A DNA stretch of 64,000 nucleotides from Podarcis vaucheri (lineage: Eukaryota): assembly GCA_965113315.1 (NCBI GenBank), contig OZ220365.1; one strand, written 5' to 3'. The translations under genes were made by a program, and so were the position numbers. Of this stretch, positions 52,226-64,000 are shown piece by piece; positions within the stretch are counted from its first letter, which is position 1, and each line of letters opens with the position of its first letter. Under the pieces are notes generated by a model. That model saw nothing but the letters and a program-made list of their open reading frames with translations. It did not search any database and was not told where the DNA came from.

Positions 52226-52440
52226 CGCGTGGTGTTGTGGTTAGAGTCTTACACTAGGAGTGTGGAGATGCGTGTTCAAATTGTATTCTGCCATGGAGCA
52301 GACCTTGGGACAGTCTCTATCTCTCTCAGCCTAGTCTGCCTCACAGGGCTGTTGTGCGATGAAATGGGGACGAACAATATTTGTCATCTCAAACACCTTG
52401 GAGGAAAAGTGAGATTAAATGCGATTAAAAATAATGTAAA
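52226..52440 (+). mobile_element. MIR/CORE-like SINE (decayed)
   Basis: tggtgttgtggttagag head, gaccttggg..agtc..ctctctcagcc core, cctcacagggctgttgtg..gatgaaatg tail. Confidence 0.6.
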
Positions 52441-52915
52441 TGTAATAAATTAATATATAAATGTTATATAAGAACACCCATAAAATTAATAATTATCTGG
52501 GGTGTGTTTTTGTTGCTTCTTTTTGAAAATGTACAACAGTATTTGAGAATATTTATAAATGTTTTGGAGTAGGCTATGATGCCTCTGAATTGTCTGGAGG
52601 CTTTCATGTTGGGCTACCTGAGGGAACTGGCACAAGATAACAATAATGCCCTCCAGCTGTGGACAAGACAACCCCTTTCTTTGCCAATTTTAGATGCCAC
52701 ATGAAGTTGGTCCTCTTTTGCTGGGTTTTTAACAACTCAAATCTCTCTCTCCCTCCCTCCCTCCTGTTGCATTTTTTCTATTTCTAGCTTCGGTTTGACT
52801 ATTGTTTTATGAAAAGCAGAATTAAAAAAACTAGGGAGCAATTCTAAGGTCCTGAGAAGAGTGTCTGAGGAGATGTTGGGTGTTGTAGACCGCCTGTAGA
52901 GAGGGAGGTCTATAG

Positions 52916-53050
52916 TAAGGTTACCAGATTTTTTTTCAATGAATCCGGGGACACTTCATTGAAATGAGTTGGAATGATAGGATTTTGTCAGGGGCCTGAT
53001 TTGTAAATCTGGGGACTGTCCCTGGGAAACGGGGGCGTCTGGTAACATTA
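52916..53050. mobile_element. hAT MITE
   Basis: TIRs taaggttaccaga/tctggtaacatta; 8-bp TSD gtctatag/gtccatag (1 mismatch). Confidence 0.85.
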
Positions 53051-54620
53051 GTCCATAGACACAGTAAGAAGTGCACCACCAGAGGTCTCCTCAATATAGC
53101 AGTGATAAGTTGAGTCATCATCACTCCTCCATTGTCAGTGCTCTTACAATGGTAAGAGAAAAGGGGAGTGCGGGGGATAAGTAAAGAGTGGATTACAGGG
53201 AAACCTTGTATTCACAGAATCAAAAGCCTCCCCATTTCTTCAAGGCCACCTCCCCTGCAAGAAGGGAGGAAAGCAACACCAGCTCTCATGTCTTACTCGC
53301 CAAAACACTTTACAACTGCCTGTTTATTTGAACGAAGCCATGCCTCAGAGTGTGTGTCGTGGGGGGGGGGGAGAAATAGGTGTTCCTACCAGAAGTCAAA
53401 GACTGCATTCAGAGTGGATTACATGTATGTTTTTAAAAAGTGTTAATGTGTTAATCTGCTGGTTACTTGATCCAGGCAAAATGCCATGATATTCCACATG
53501 AGCAAAATACCACGGTTGTTGGAAGTTTCCTATAAATATTACCCACTGTGTTTCCACATTTGAAGAATTGGTCTTGTCTATTAAAATCAACACACCAGAA
53601 TGGGTATCTGGAGATAAGCAATATTAATGCATTTAGATTTATAAACTCAAAATTAAAAAACTCTCTTCATTTTATTAAATAAAGTGGAAGGGAATATTAA
53701 TCTTCTTGTGATTTCATTTGCTGAATGTGAATATTTCATCCGTGCCTTCCAGCAGTAAAAGCACATAGTACTGCATGTTTGACCATTGTGTCCAATAATG
53801 TTAGGTTCTCTGTACTGTACCGAGTCCAAAAACAAAACAATGAGCATGGGAGGCAACACAAGAAAGATATTGATTTACAGTGAAATAGGCCTTACACTAA
53901 ATAAAAAGCTCATTCACGATTAAAACATCCAGATTTATCCAGTACTCCTGACTCAGTTAAACAAAGAAAAATTACTTTTTGACAAAAAGAAATCTCAGTG
54001 CATTTAGACCACACATAGTGCATCTATTCATTATAGATGTATCACTGGATTCCTGTCAGGAAATTGGCAGAAGCTTTTGAATGCAAGTTAACGACTGTTA
54101 TTGTTAATGGTGGATTAAATGGGCTGGCTTGAATACATAGGAAGTAGCCTTTACTTGTGTTTTGTCCTGTATCGCACCACTTTGGGGACCTCTTGACTGA
54201 AAAGCAACACAAAAAGGAACTCTATTTCTGAATAAGAACAGCATCATATTGGCTTCCACCCCCTGCCCATTTCGGTCTGTGGGCTTCTTGGGTTTCAGCA
54301 GAATTTAAAAAAGAGGAACCTAAGCATGAAGATATTCATAATAATAATGGTCTTTGGGGGGAGAAATGGGGGGGGGGGAGACCTAACGTGTATTTAGAAA
54401 GCATTTTTCCTCAAGCAAAAAGGCTTCATCTTTTCAGACACCAAAACCTACACACTTTAAGCCTCTCATGTTGTTAAGTGCTACTCTGCATAAAAAGTGA
54501 TATTTGTGTTGGTTTTTCAAGGAACCGAATCCAGTGCATAGTGGCAGATGTATGTGACTGAAAGGCCATGATTTTGAACCTGGTATGCCCAAGATTTTAA
54601 GAATCTAACATCTGTGGACA

Positions 54621-54705
54621 GATAACACCTTTAAGACCAACTAAAATGACACAAAATGGTGAGCAAGCCTTTGCGTTCTATAGAACTCTTCAGCTGGCTG
54701 TTAAA
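54621..54705 (-). mobile_element. Older Penelope-like terminal remnant with decayed hammerhead
   Basis: Minus strand reads CTGAAGA-GTTCTATAGAAC-GCAAAGGCTTG ... TTAGTTGGTCTTAAAGGTGTTA, sharing the downstream motif of the 4025 and 26865 copies. Confidence 0.5.
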
Positions 54706-57700
54706 CAAAGCAGGGCAAGGGGAGCTGGCTTGATGCTGAAGCCACAGTGCCTTCGGCGAGTCAATCTTCAGAAAGAGCATGAGAGGGAAAGGCTACTTAA
54801 ATAATTTGACTCCAGTCTACTGTGTGCTAAGCAAGTTCCAAGTTGCACCTAGGATGACCCTGAAGACTGCTGAAGTGGTCCTTAATTACAGTACTTCATT
54901 CATCATAAGTTCAGCTAATTCTTCTTAACCTTCCTTGTTTTGTGTGAGGGAGGCGGGGAGAGGGAGACCTGAAAAATATGACCCTGAAACCAATAAAACT
55001 TTGAGGAGGAAATACAGGTGGAGGCAGCTGTAGTCAATCACTGCAGCACTCTTCTTCCTACCCCTCCCCAAACAGGTAAACATGGGTGAGCCAGAAGTGG
55101 AATGTTGTGGTGATGGTGAGGCAGGGGAGACAAGATGGCTACCAGGAGCGAAAGTGCAATTGTGTTTGGAGCATTACACTGAGGAAGGGCAAGGAGAGAG
55201 TTGAACAAGGCAAGGCAAGGGAGAAGGGAGAAGGAGTATGGAAATCCTGGAAGGCTACAGCAGCAGCCAAGTTGCCCGTGGCAAAACCTGGGTTCTCAAA
55301 TCTCAGCGATGCCAAAATTCAGTGCCCCCAGCCTCTCACCTTCCATTCTGCATAATGGCTCCACACCCAGTGCGATCAAACTGGTTGTGCTCCCCTAAAT
55401 CAGCCTCTGCAAGTAGCAGAGAAAGAGGACAGGAGGGATAAAAGGCAATTGGAGCTTAGGAGTATTGGGAAATGGGTCTGAGGAGGAAGCTCAGTGGTGA
55501 GCCAGACTTTGTTTATTTAAGTTAACTGAAGTTATAGGGGAAGCCCACTGATGAGAACCACCCCTCTCTTCCTCAGGCCCTGAAGTAAGGGTGCACACCA
55601 GGACTTTGCAGGTTTTGTCTAGAGATGTTTCATTACTTGTGTTGCTGTAGCTCTGGGGACTGAAGAGGTTTGAACACTGTTTATGGTCAAATTGTGTCTG
55701 TAGCATTCTGTAATGTCTCCCAAGTCTACTCAAATTTTTCATTCAAGGGTCTGGACTTTCCTCCCAGTGATTCTCCCTGCCCAACTGGACTTCTTCTAAC
55801 TTCACAGGTAGGATGGGGCACACCCAGCAGTACAAATAATACAGAGAATAAGGAAAAATGTTCCTTTGATTTTTGTTTGTTTGTTTGTTTACTGGTATGC
55901 CTCTTTGTTCATGCTTTTAAAAAATATTTTTGGATCCCATTGAGCCAAAATTAGCATTTTCACATTTCGCATTCCCGCCCCCCGCAAGTGGCCAACCCAT
56001 TCAGATTAATGTTACCTCTTTTTAAAAACTCAGATACAGCTATATTATAATTCTGTATCAATACCATCTGAATTTCCATAGCACCATGTTTTGTAATCTG
56101 AAGCAAAGTTTCCTTATTATCTTTTGTCCCAGAAGGTAACATTATATTTCAGGATGTTTCAACTGAAACCTGTTGAGAAAATTCTGCTAATAGAAATGTT
56201 ATCAAGTAATTAACAAAGTGGCCTAAATGGGCTTTCCCCCTTTGTGTTTCTGAAAAAAAGAAAGGAAACTAAGCATAAACCCAGGTCAAATCTATGAAAA
56301 TTATTACATTCTGGTATGTTGCCAACATATTCCATAACAAAGATTTAAAAGTTAATCGTCTAGGAGATTAGAAATTGGGGTCAGTTACAGATCTGTGAAA
56401 AGTGATTTCTCTACCTTAAGATGGAACAGCTGAAATTAATAAAACACATTATTCTCTAACCCCACTCCACACCCCCACTTTCAGCTCTAATTGAACTTTT
56501 TAGTGTGTAGGCCAAAGCTGCTCAGGTTGGTTGGATGGTACCATTCCCTGGTAAAAGAATACAGTGGGGAGGAAAGCTTAAAAGGAAATAGGTATTACAG
56601 TTTATCTTGGAAAATTAAAACCAACTAATTTACATGTTGAAAACAAAATGCAGTATTAACAGTACAACCCTATCTCGAGCATCGCTATTCAGAAGTAAAT
56701 CTAACTAATGAGCCCAACAAGATTTACTTCTTCGAGCTGTGTCTTTGTTTTATTTAGAAAAATGTAAAAATAGCTTTATGTGTCCATGTACATAGAATAA
56801 TATAAACTAATTACAGCCATAGGAATGCAGTCTAAATTACAAAAAAATTGTCTTTAATAGCTCAGAATAGGGTAGGGCTGGAACATCAAAACATCTGAAA
56901 AGCTTAATTTCCCCTTCCAAAGCTATAAAATCAACTCAAGAGAAGTGTCTTACATAATATATAAAATAGCAAGTGAAGAGAGTGGTCATCATAAGTCCTA
57001 CTTTACAGAGCAGCAAAGTCCTCTGCTTGAAGGAGTTGTCTCTTCTAAGTCATGTTAAAGATAAAGGACCATATGAAGGGAGATTAAGGGACTTAAAGTT
57101 GCCCAACAACAGAAGGGATGGCTGAATCTTTCACTTCCTCAATTTTTTTTTTGGGGGGGTCTAAAAATTAGTTTTCCACATGTCCAGATCAGTTTGCAAT
57201 TTTTAAAAGCCTCCTGAAATTTCACCAGCATTTTAGTATGAATTTCTTCTCATATGCAGTTTTGCCTTACTTGGGAGTCTTGACCTTTTGCATACACAGA
57301 GCTGTGTCTCTACCTAAGGAAGAACAGGAAAACACATCCCTTCGCTAACTACAAAGAAACAGCAAAATACAGAGACAAGCTGCTTTTACTTGGGGCTTTT
57401 GTTCTCTGTGTTACAGGATTTGTATGTGTAACCGCAGTATTACATAAACTTACATAGACAAAGCAAGCACAAAGCAAATGGATCAAGGCTTAGAAACATG
57501 CTGAGAGAGAAAAAGGAGGAGAATCTTCAGCCGGGCCAAGGAGCGATACAGTCTTGGCCACATGTAGCCACACCAGGCTAAGTTGCAATCGGATTGTGTT
57601 TTGTGCCAAACAAAACCTTTGGCTCTGTTGTGACAAACGACAACCTGGGCTCCTCTGACAGCAATTCATTGCAGAGACTCTTGAACTTCACAGCAGAGGC

Positions 57701-58021
57701 CGGGGGAAGAAACAAAGGCTGCTAATGAAAGATTGCTGTTTGTGGCCCAAGGAAATGCACACTCAGTCAGATATCGGCTGGGCACCAGAACAAAAGAACA
57801 TGAAGGCCGAAGAGGTCCAGGCATACTGAGATGCATGCCCGGCATGGCCTAGGTTTAAAGTAGCCCCTCATCCCTTCCTCAACGATGCTCTGAAAAGCAA
57901 AGGGAATGGAGGCTGACCTTTCTCCAGCTTGTTGCATGATGGTGGTAGGAAGAAGATTCCATAAGATGAGCAAACATGTTATTGACATCAGCAATGATGA
58001 TGCAGATGAATGGGCATTCCA

Positions 58022-58478
58022 GGGGATTTGGGTTGTGGCTTAGTGGTAGAACATTTGGTTTGCATGCAGAGCGTCCCTGGTTCAGTCCCTGGCAACCAGT
58101 GCTGGCAGATGTCCTGGTTGGGACTGGTAGGGTGGAATTCAGGGACACCAACAGTGGGTGGAGCCAGTATGACAAGTGGAGCCAACTAGTTCTAGTTATG
58201 TCCTAGCATCCTCCCTGCTGCATTCTACAAGGGCAACACTGAGATGGAGGAAGTTGACAAGCAGCAGGACCCCGTGGGATGGTTGCAAGTAAGCAAACAG
58301 GCAGGTGAGGGCTGGCTGGCAGGCTGGGGGGGGGTAGACTGAGGATGGTGCAGTATCTCCAGATAGGACTGGGAATGTCCCCTTGTCTGAATCCCTGAAG
58401 AGCTACTCCCAGCTAGTGTACACAATGGTGAGCTAGGTTGGCCAATGGTCTGACTCAGGATAAGGAAGCTTCCTATGG
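58022..58478 (+). mobile_element. tRNA-derived SINE split by an internal insertion (head 58022-58095, body/tail ~58348-58478)
   Basis: Head tggcttagtggtagaacat..tgcatgcaga..ggttcagtccctggca; tail ggccaatggtctgactcagg.taagg.agcttcctatg. Confidence 0.6.
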
Positions 58479-58584
58479 TAGATGGGCGGCAGCCTTAACC
58501 CTTGGTTTGTTGCATTACTATTATGCCTTTCCTTCCAAGAAGCTCAGGGCGGCAATTGCCAAAGTGATAGAACAATGCTAGTAC

Positions 58585-59064
58585 CTTGTCAACAAAGGTC
58601 CGTATGGTTAAAGCCATGGTTTTCCCAGTAGTGATGTATGGAAGTGAGAGCTGGACCATAAAGAAAGCTGATCGCCGAAGAATTGATGCTTTTGAATTAT
58701 GGTGCTGGGGGAGACTCTTGAGAGTACCATGGACTGCAAGAAGATCAAACCTATCCATTCTGAAGGAAATCAGCTCTGAGTGCTCACTGGAAGGACAGAT
58801 CATGAAGCTGAGGCTCCAATACTTTGGCCACCTCATGAGAAGAGAAGACTCCCTGGAAAAGACCCTGATGTTGGGAAAGATTGAGGGCACAAGGAGAAGG
58901 GGACGACAGAGGACGAGATGGTTGGACAGTGTTCTTGAAGCTACAAACATGAGTCTGACCAAACTGCGGGAGACAGCGGAAGACAGAAGTGCCTGGCGTG
59001 CGCTGGTCCACGGGGTCACGAAGAGTCGGACACGACTAAACGACTAAACAACAACAACAACAAC
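58585..59064 (+). mobile_element. 5'-truncated BovB (RTE) LINE with (CAA)n tail
   Basis: TKVRMVKAMVFPVVMYGSESWTIKKADRRRIDAFELWCW..LEKTLMLGKIEG..GRQRTRWLD..VHGVTKSRTRLND is the BovB C-terminus; CAA repeats at ~59048-59064. Confidence 0.93.
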
Positions 59065-59068
59065 AGTA

Positions 59069-59298
59069 CAGTGGTACCTTGGGTTACATACGCTTCAGGT
59101 TACAGACTCCGCTAACCCAGAAATATTGCTTCAGGTTAAGAACTTTGCTTCAGGATGAGTACAGAAATCGTGCTCTGGTGGTGCAGCAGCAGCAGGAGGC
59201 CCCATTAGCTAAAGTGGTGGGTGCTTCAGGTTAAAAACAGTTTCAGGTTAAGTACGGACCTCCGAAACGAATTAAGTACTTAACCTGAGGTACCACTG
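59069..59298. mobile_element. Tc1/Mariner MITE, family A
   Basis: TIRs CAGTGGTACCT/AGGTACCACTG, TA TSD. Confidence 0.9.
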
Positions 59299-61577
59299 TA
59301 GAAATAAAATACAGCAAAGACAGGTTTAAAACAATTAAAAACCTCTAAAAGGAATTAATAGCACTAAAAGTATCTAAAACACATAAAACCATCACACACC
59401 CTCACAGTTAATAATCTCAAGGTAGCCAGAATCAATATCTTTCATCCATCAAATGTCTGGATGAACAGTTAATTTTTTAAGTTCTTCCTAAAAGTTAATA
59501 ATGAGGGAATAAATTAGCAAGGATGAGCAAGGATCCTGATGAGCAACGGGAACTGACAGACAACACACATTTTAAGCAAAAAAAGACACTGGAAGGTCAA
59601 GAAGGTTCTGGGAATTAAAAAAGAAAAGAAAAGAAAATCCACATTTCACCTTTGGAAAGAAAAACGGACCTTTGACAAAATAATCCAGATAATACAGGCC
59701 AACAGCATGCCACCATTTTATAAGATGATGTGATGGTTCCACATGATTTAGAGAGTGCTTTTAGTAACAGTAGTTTGCCTTGTAAAAGAAAGATTTGATT
59801 CCACCAGGAAACCCTTTTTCCCAGATATTAAAGCCAGCCCCATGGTGACAAGCCTGGCAGCCAACCAAGAAAAGGCTATAACGGAACCTGCACAGTGCAA
59901 GGGAACAGCTCGTGTAACCTCGGGATTCCATAGATCAGGCCGTGCAAATGACATAGGCTCACACAGCGGAGCTGGTCTGGTCACTTAATCCCAACAGGTG
60001 TTGTACAGACATGCTGTGCATTAAGGATTTGCTCTTGGGCTGAAGATAAAATACATATCAGACATGCTGGTGGAAGAATTTCTCTCTCTCTCTTTTAAGG
60101 AAGCCTATGTTCTCTGCTTGATCCAAAATTATCTTTCACATAACAAATAGCATGCCCTCATTTGTGTTTTGTGTACTGCAAGGAGGAGGGAGGAAGCTAA
60201 ATTCGAAACGGTCTTTTATGCAGCCCAGTTGGCTTAAAGAAATTAATAAAGACTGCTTCTAGCAGCTGCTTAAAACAATTAGGCTCTCTTCAAGGAAAGC
60301 CTCACAGACTACACAGAGCCTTATGAAAATAATCCTTTCAATTAGTGTGTGGTCACTGGTGCACCTGCAACAGAGACTTGTCCAAGAGAGAGTATCTGCT
60401 CATGTCAAGGAGAACAATTCATGGATTCATCATTGGGGCCTCTCTTTTTTCATATTACCACATTTACACAGATGTTAATCCCTGGGGTGCAAACACCAGA
60501 AGGATAACCCTTCTGTAATCCAAAGAGCATGAGAAACATGAGTTCAGATCAGGAAAGCTATTAATTTTCATGTATATTTGAGCAAAGTCTTATTTTTCCT
60601 TATGCACACTTATAGATTGGCTGTGGCTAATATTCCTATGGCATTACACAAAACAATATTGCTCCATAGAAAAGAATACCATCGTATTCCCTGTGAACAA
60701 TGACATAACCTAAATTATTACACGCATATAAAACAACAAGCCTGAACTCACTTCCAGCTGTGTAACTTTATCACCTGTCCCTTACTTGTGAATGAACTCA
60801 TCAAGATGGAGAGATAATAACTTGTTTGAGTTTTGGTTGAATTTCAAACTACTGACAGCATTTTGGCTTGGTCAGCAAGGAGGATTGATATCGTATATGC
60901 CATAAACGGCCTTCTCATGATAGAAGAGAAGTCTGTCAGTTTAATGCAGACATCACTTGTGCAGTATGGCATATACCACAGTTATGCAGTTTCATTGAAA
61001 CCCAAGGAACCATGTCAGTTTAAGAGCTCTGTGAAAGATGCTGTTAATAGTTCATTGAATTTGTGATATAAAATAGCCAGTGTGGAACTGGGAAGTCCTA
61101 AAAGTTTCCATGTTCCATGTTTCCCTCATGGATCACCACAGAGCTTAGGTCTAAAAGTATAATGAGTCACAGATATTCCTACCATGTACCAGCAGCAGGT
61201 AACAGCAGTGGCGACCACCATCATGGCCACCACCATCTTCCTCTCCAACTCCTATTCCATTTCTGTTTTTCCCTTAACAAGTTACCAGAGGCACAGTACG
61301 TAAGTTGGATCCAGACCATTAATCACACTTAGTTCCCATTGGGTGATGTACAGACTAAGTTAGTTGTACTTGCTTCCTGATGAAATCAATGGGATTTAAG
61401 CTAAGTCATAACCTGATGTCAAACCATGTTAATTCAGAGTGGATACAGCCTATGGAAATCAATAGGAATAAAGTGAGTCGTGGTTATTTTCATAGTGATT
61501 TCAAGTGTGATTAACTCAATCTGGATCTGACCCTATATCAAAGTTTCTGGGCTGTTAACCAATACCTGAAGTAGCAT

Positions 61578-61882
61578 CTCCGCCCCCATCATTCAGCCCA
61601 GACACTGAGGTCTTCTGGTGGTTCCCTCACTGTGAAAAGTGAGGTTATAGGCAACCAGGCAGAGGGCCTTCTTGGTAGTGGCGCCCACCCTGTAGAACGC
61701 CCTCCCATCCGATGCCAAGGAAATAAACAACTATCTGACTTTTAGAAGATATCTGAATGCAACCCTGTATTGGGAAATTTTTTATGTCTAATGTTTTACA
61801 ATTGTTTATGTGCTGTAAGATGCCCAGAGTGGCTGGGGAAACCCAGCCAGATGGGCAGGGTATAAATAATAAAATTATTATT
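61578..61882 (+). mobile_element. L2 LINE 3' fragment
   Basis: Decayed RAF..VAP.LWN-like coding end, then GCCCAGAGTGGCTGGGGAAACCCAGCCAGATGGGC hairpin and TAA-rich tail. Confidence 0.7.
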
Positions 61883-63698
61883 CTTACAGTATATCAGAAA
61901 GAAATTATTCAAAGTCATTTAAGTGTCATTTTACCACATACTCATGCGCCCTCAGCTTCTGCTCAATGGGAAAGGGAATATCCAATTGCATCCATGTGAA
62001 TGCAAAGAATCACTGAATCCAGGCATGTTTCTGTCCCTCATGATTGTTGAAAATGGCACAGATTGAAGCACTGACACCAGCATATCAGAAACCAGAAATG
62101 TTTGGGGAGAGGAAAGATTGTTATTCAAAACATGCAGTTTCCTAGCCAACCCTTTAAGTTGCCAACTCGATAACAGCATATACTGTCTCTCTGTGCTGTT
62201 AATGTTGGATACATTTTTAGACCATTGGACATGCATTCTTCAATGCAGATGAATTTCTTTCACTCTGCCAACTTCAGCACTCTTCTGTTAGATAAGTTAA
62301 GGCAAATGATTTACACCCTTCACTTGTGGGAGCACAATATTTTAACCTTTCCCAGAAAAATGAAACAGGCTTGTGCTTTCTTCTTCATGTAGGCATTGAA
62401 TCCACTTTTGCAATATGTAGTCTGTGTCTTTAATGAATGGGAACTTTGCCTACATAGATTTCGGGATGAGGCATCCTATGAAACAGAGCAGAAGACTCCA
62501 TGCCCAGAGCAACATATTATTTTCAAATATCAACAACCCTCAGTTCTGAGGAAATGAGAACAACCCTTGATTCCAAGCACATATATCATATGAAACAGGA
62601 GAGGACAAGAATAAGAATTTCAAATGAATTGCATATTTGCTTCTACGATTTTTCTTTTATAACTTCCCCATATGTTGTACTGCTGTGTCTCCATTCAGTG
62701 TCTGTGTTTTCTGTTTTTTCCTCCTTACATTTTAAGCTCTGCCTCTTTACACACAGACATTTTTATCAGGAGAAAGGGGGGTTACAGCTAAATCTTTCTC
62801 ATATTTCAATTGCTAGTAAATCTCACAGTCTCAGGAAACAGAAGGGTGTTTAAGAAAGGCATGATGCCACATCACCCAGAACTTCAGCAGTTTTACTTGT
62901 TCTAAACTTTAGTGGTCCCACACTGGTTTTGCACCACTGCAATGTGATCAGGATTCTGAAACCAGTATCCAAGCTCTCCTGCCAAAATTTTGGTTTTTCT
63001 TGCAAGTGCTGCCCATTATGTTTACACCTAAACAATTTAAAAATTGGCAGTGCTCAATAAACAAGTTTATTCATGAAGGGGGGAAAAGCATGACTAGGCT
63101 CTAGAATTATATATGGAAGTGTCCAAAATGGCAGCCTTGGACTCTCACATCTCCAGACTTATTACAACACCTTCCAACTAAAGCATTTGATGTCACTGAT
63201 CCACGGGCAAACAGGTAAACCATGGATATAGAAATTTCAGATCCTGCATATAGAGCATATCCCTTTCTGCCCTCCTCGCTCACTAAAACCCATACTATTG
63301 TGAACCCTTTTCCCCACACCACTCTACATGGGTGGAAAGCAAAGTTAAAAAAAATTGGTTCCCCCAATATCTCCCCTTCTCCCTCTTCGCTTTCATCCAT
63401 CTTTTAAAGAAGCATGGCAATGCTTAGATTGGGATGGTTGGGAACAGGTGGGCCTAGTGACTCTAGTCTTCAACCAGGCTTTCTGTCCTGGCTGTGATGC
63501 GCTGTGTTTCTATATTCAGTAATATACTGCATAGATGAAGAAGTGAGCAACATCATGGGAGGAACGTTTCCAGCAATCCCACTCCCTGCCTTTGAAAGCC
63601 TTGCAAGTTGCTGCAAAAGAAGGCTGGTGAACAACATCATGAGTGTTTCAAGAAATAAATTGAAACTCTCAAGTTTGTTACTTTTACTATTGCCAGGT

Positions 63699-64000
63699 AC
63701 TGTGGGTTAAACCACAGAGCCTAGGACTTGCTGATCAGAAGGTCAGAGGTTCGAATCCCTGCGACGGGGTGAGCTCCCGTTGCTCAGTCCCTGCTCCTGC
63801 CAACCTAGCAGTTCAAAAGCACCTCAAAGTGCAAGTAGATAAATAGGTACCGCTCCAACAGGAAGGTAAATGGCATTTCCGTGCGCTGCTCTGGTTCGCC
63901 GGAAGCAACTTAGTCGTGCTGGCCACATGACCCGGAAGCTGCACGCCGGCTCCCCCGGCCTATAGAGCGAGATGAGCGCGCAACCCCAGAGTCGGTCACG
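63699..64000 (+). mobile_element. Sauria SINE, truncated by window end
   Basis: ctgtgggttaaaccacagagcctagg..gatcagaaggtc..ggttcgaatccc..gacggggtgagctcccgttgctc..gccaacctagcagttc..gtagataaataggtaccgc; pol III B box GGTTCGAATCC. Confidence 0.88.

Noticed and set aside
58495-59019. 174-aa minus-strand ORF
   Set aside because: Antisense frame of the BovB fragment.
63100-63400. Possible L1 ORF2 C-terminal remnant (WRC motif)
   Set aside because: Too degenerate to support without a search.

Overview
Vertebrate genomic DNA, most likely a squamate (lacertid-type lizard). This is inferred from a Sauria SINE, BovB, a tRNA-Lys/CR1-tail SINE and abundant L2, Mariner and hAT MITEs. The only host gene I can support is a HUNK-like (AMPK-related/CAMK group) Ser/Thr kinase on the minus strand. 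Five coding exons (9529-9284, 8540-8248, 6434-6379, 4953-4815, 2072-1945) have GT-AG boundaries and consistent phases and encode 287 aa of the N-terminus and kinase domain; the gene runs off the left edge. The remaining ~54 kb is non-coding. It holds an apparently intact single-ORF L2 LINE (994 aa APE+RT), fragments of Rex1, BovB and L1, many TSD-flanked MITEs, SINEs, microsatellites and several repeat-free enhancer-like blocks. The most notable signals are: Penelope-like remnants carrying minimal hammerhead-ribozyme motifs (one near-intact at 4023-4060); a 114-bp-arm palindrome whose left arm is flanked by a 10-bp duplication; the intact ORF1-less L2 with a UUCG-capped 3' stem-loop; and unusual kinase motifs in the HUNK paralogue. 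All family assignments come from motif recognition, not database searches.
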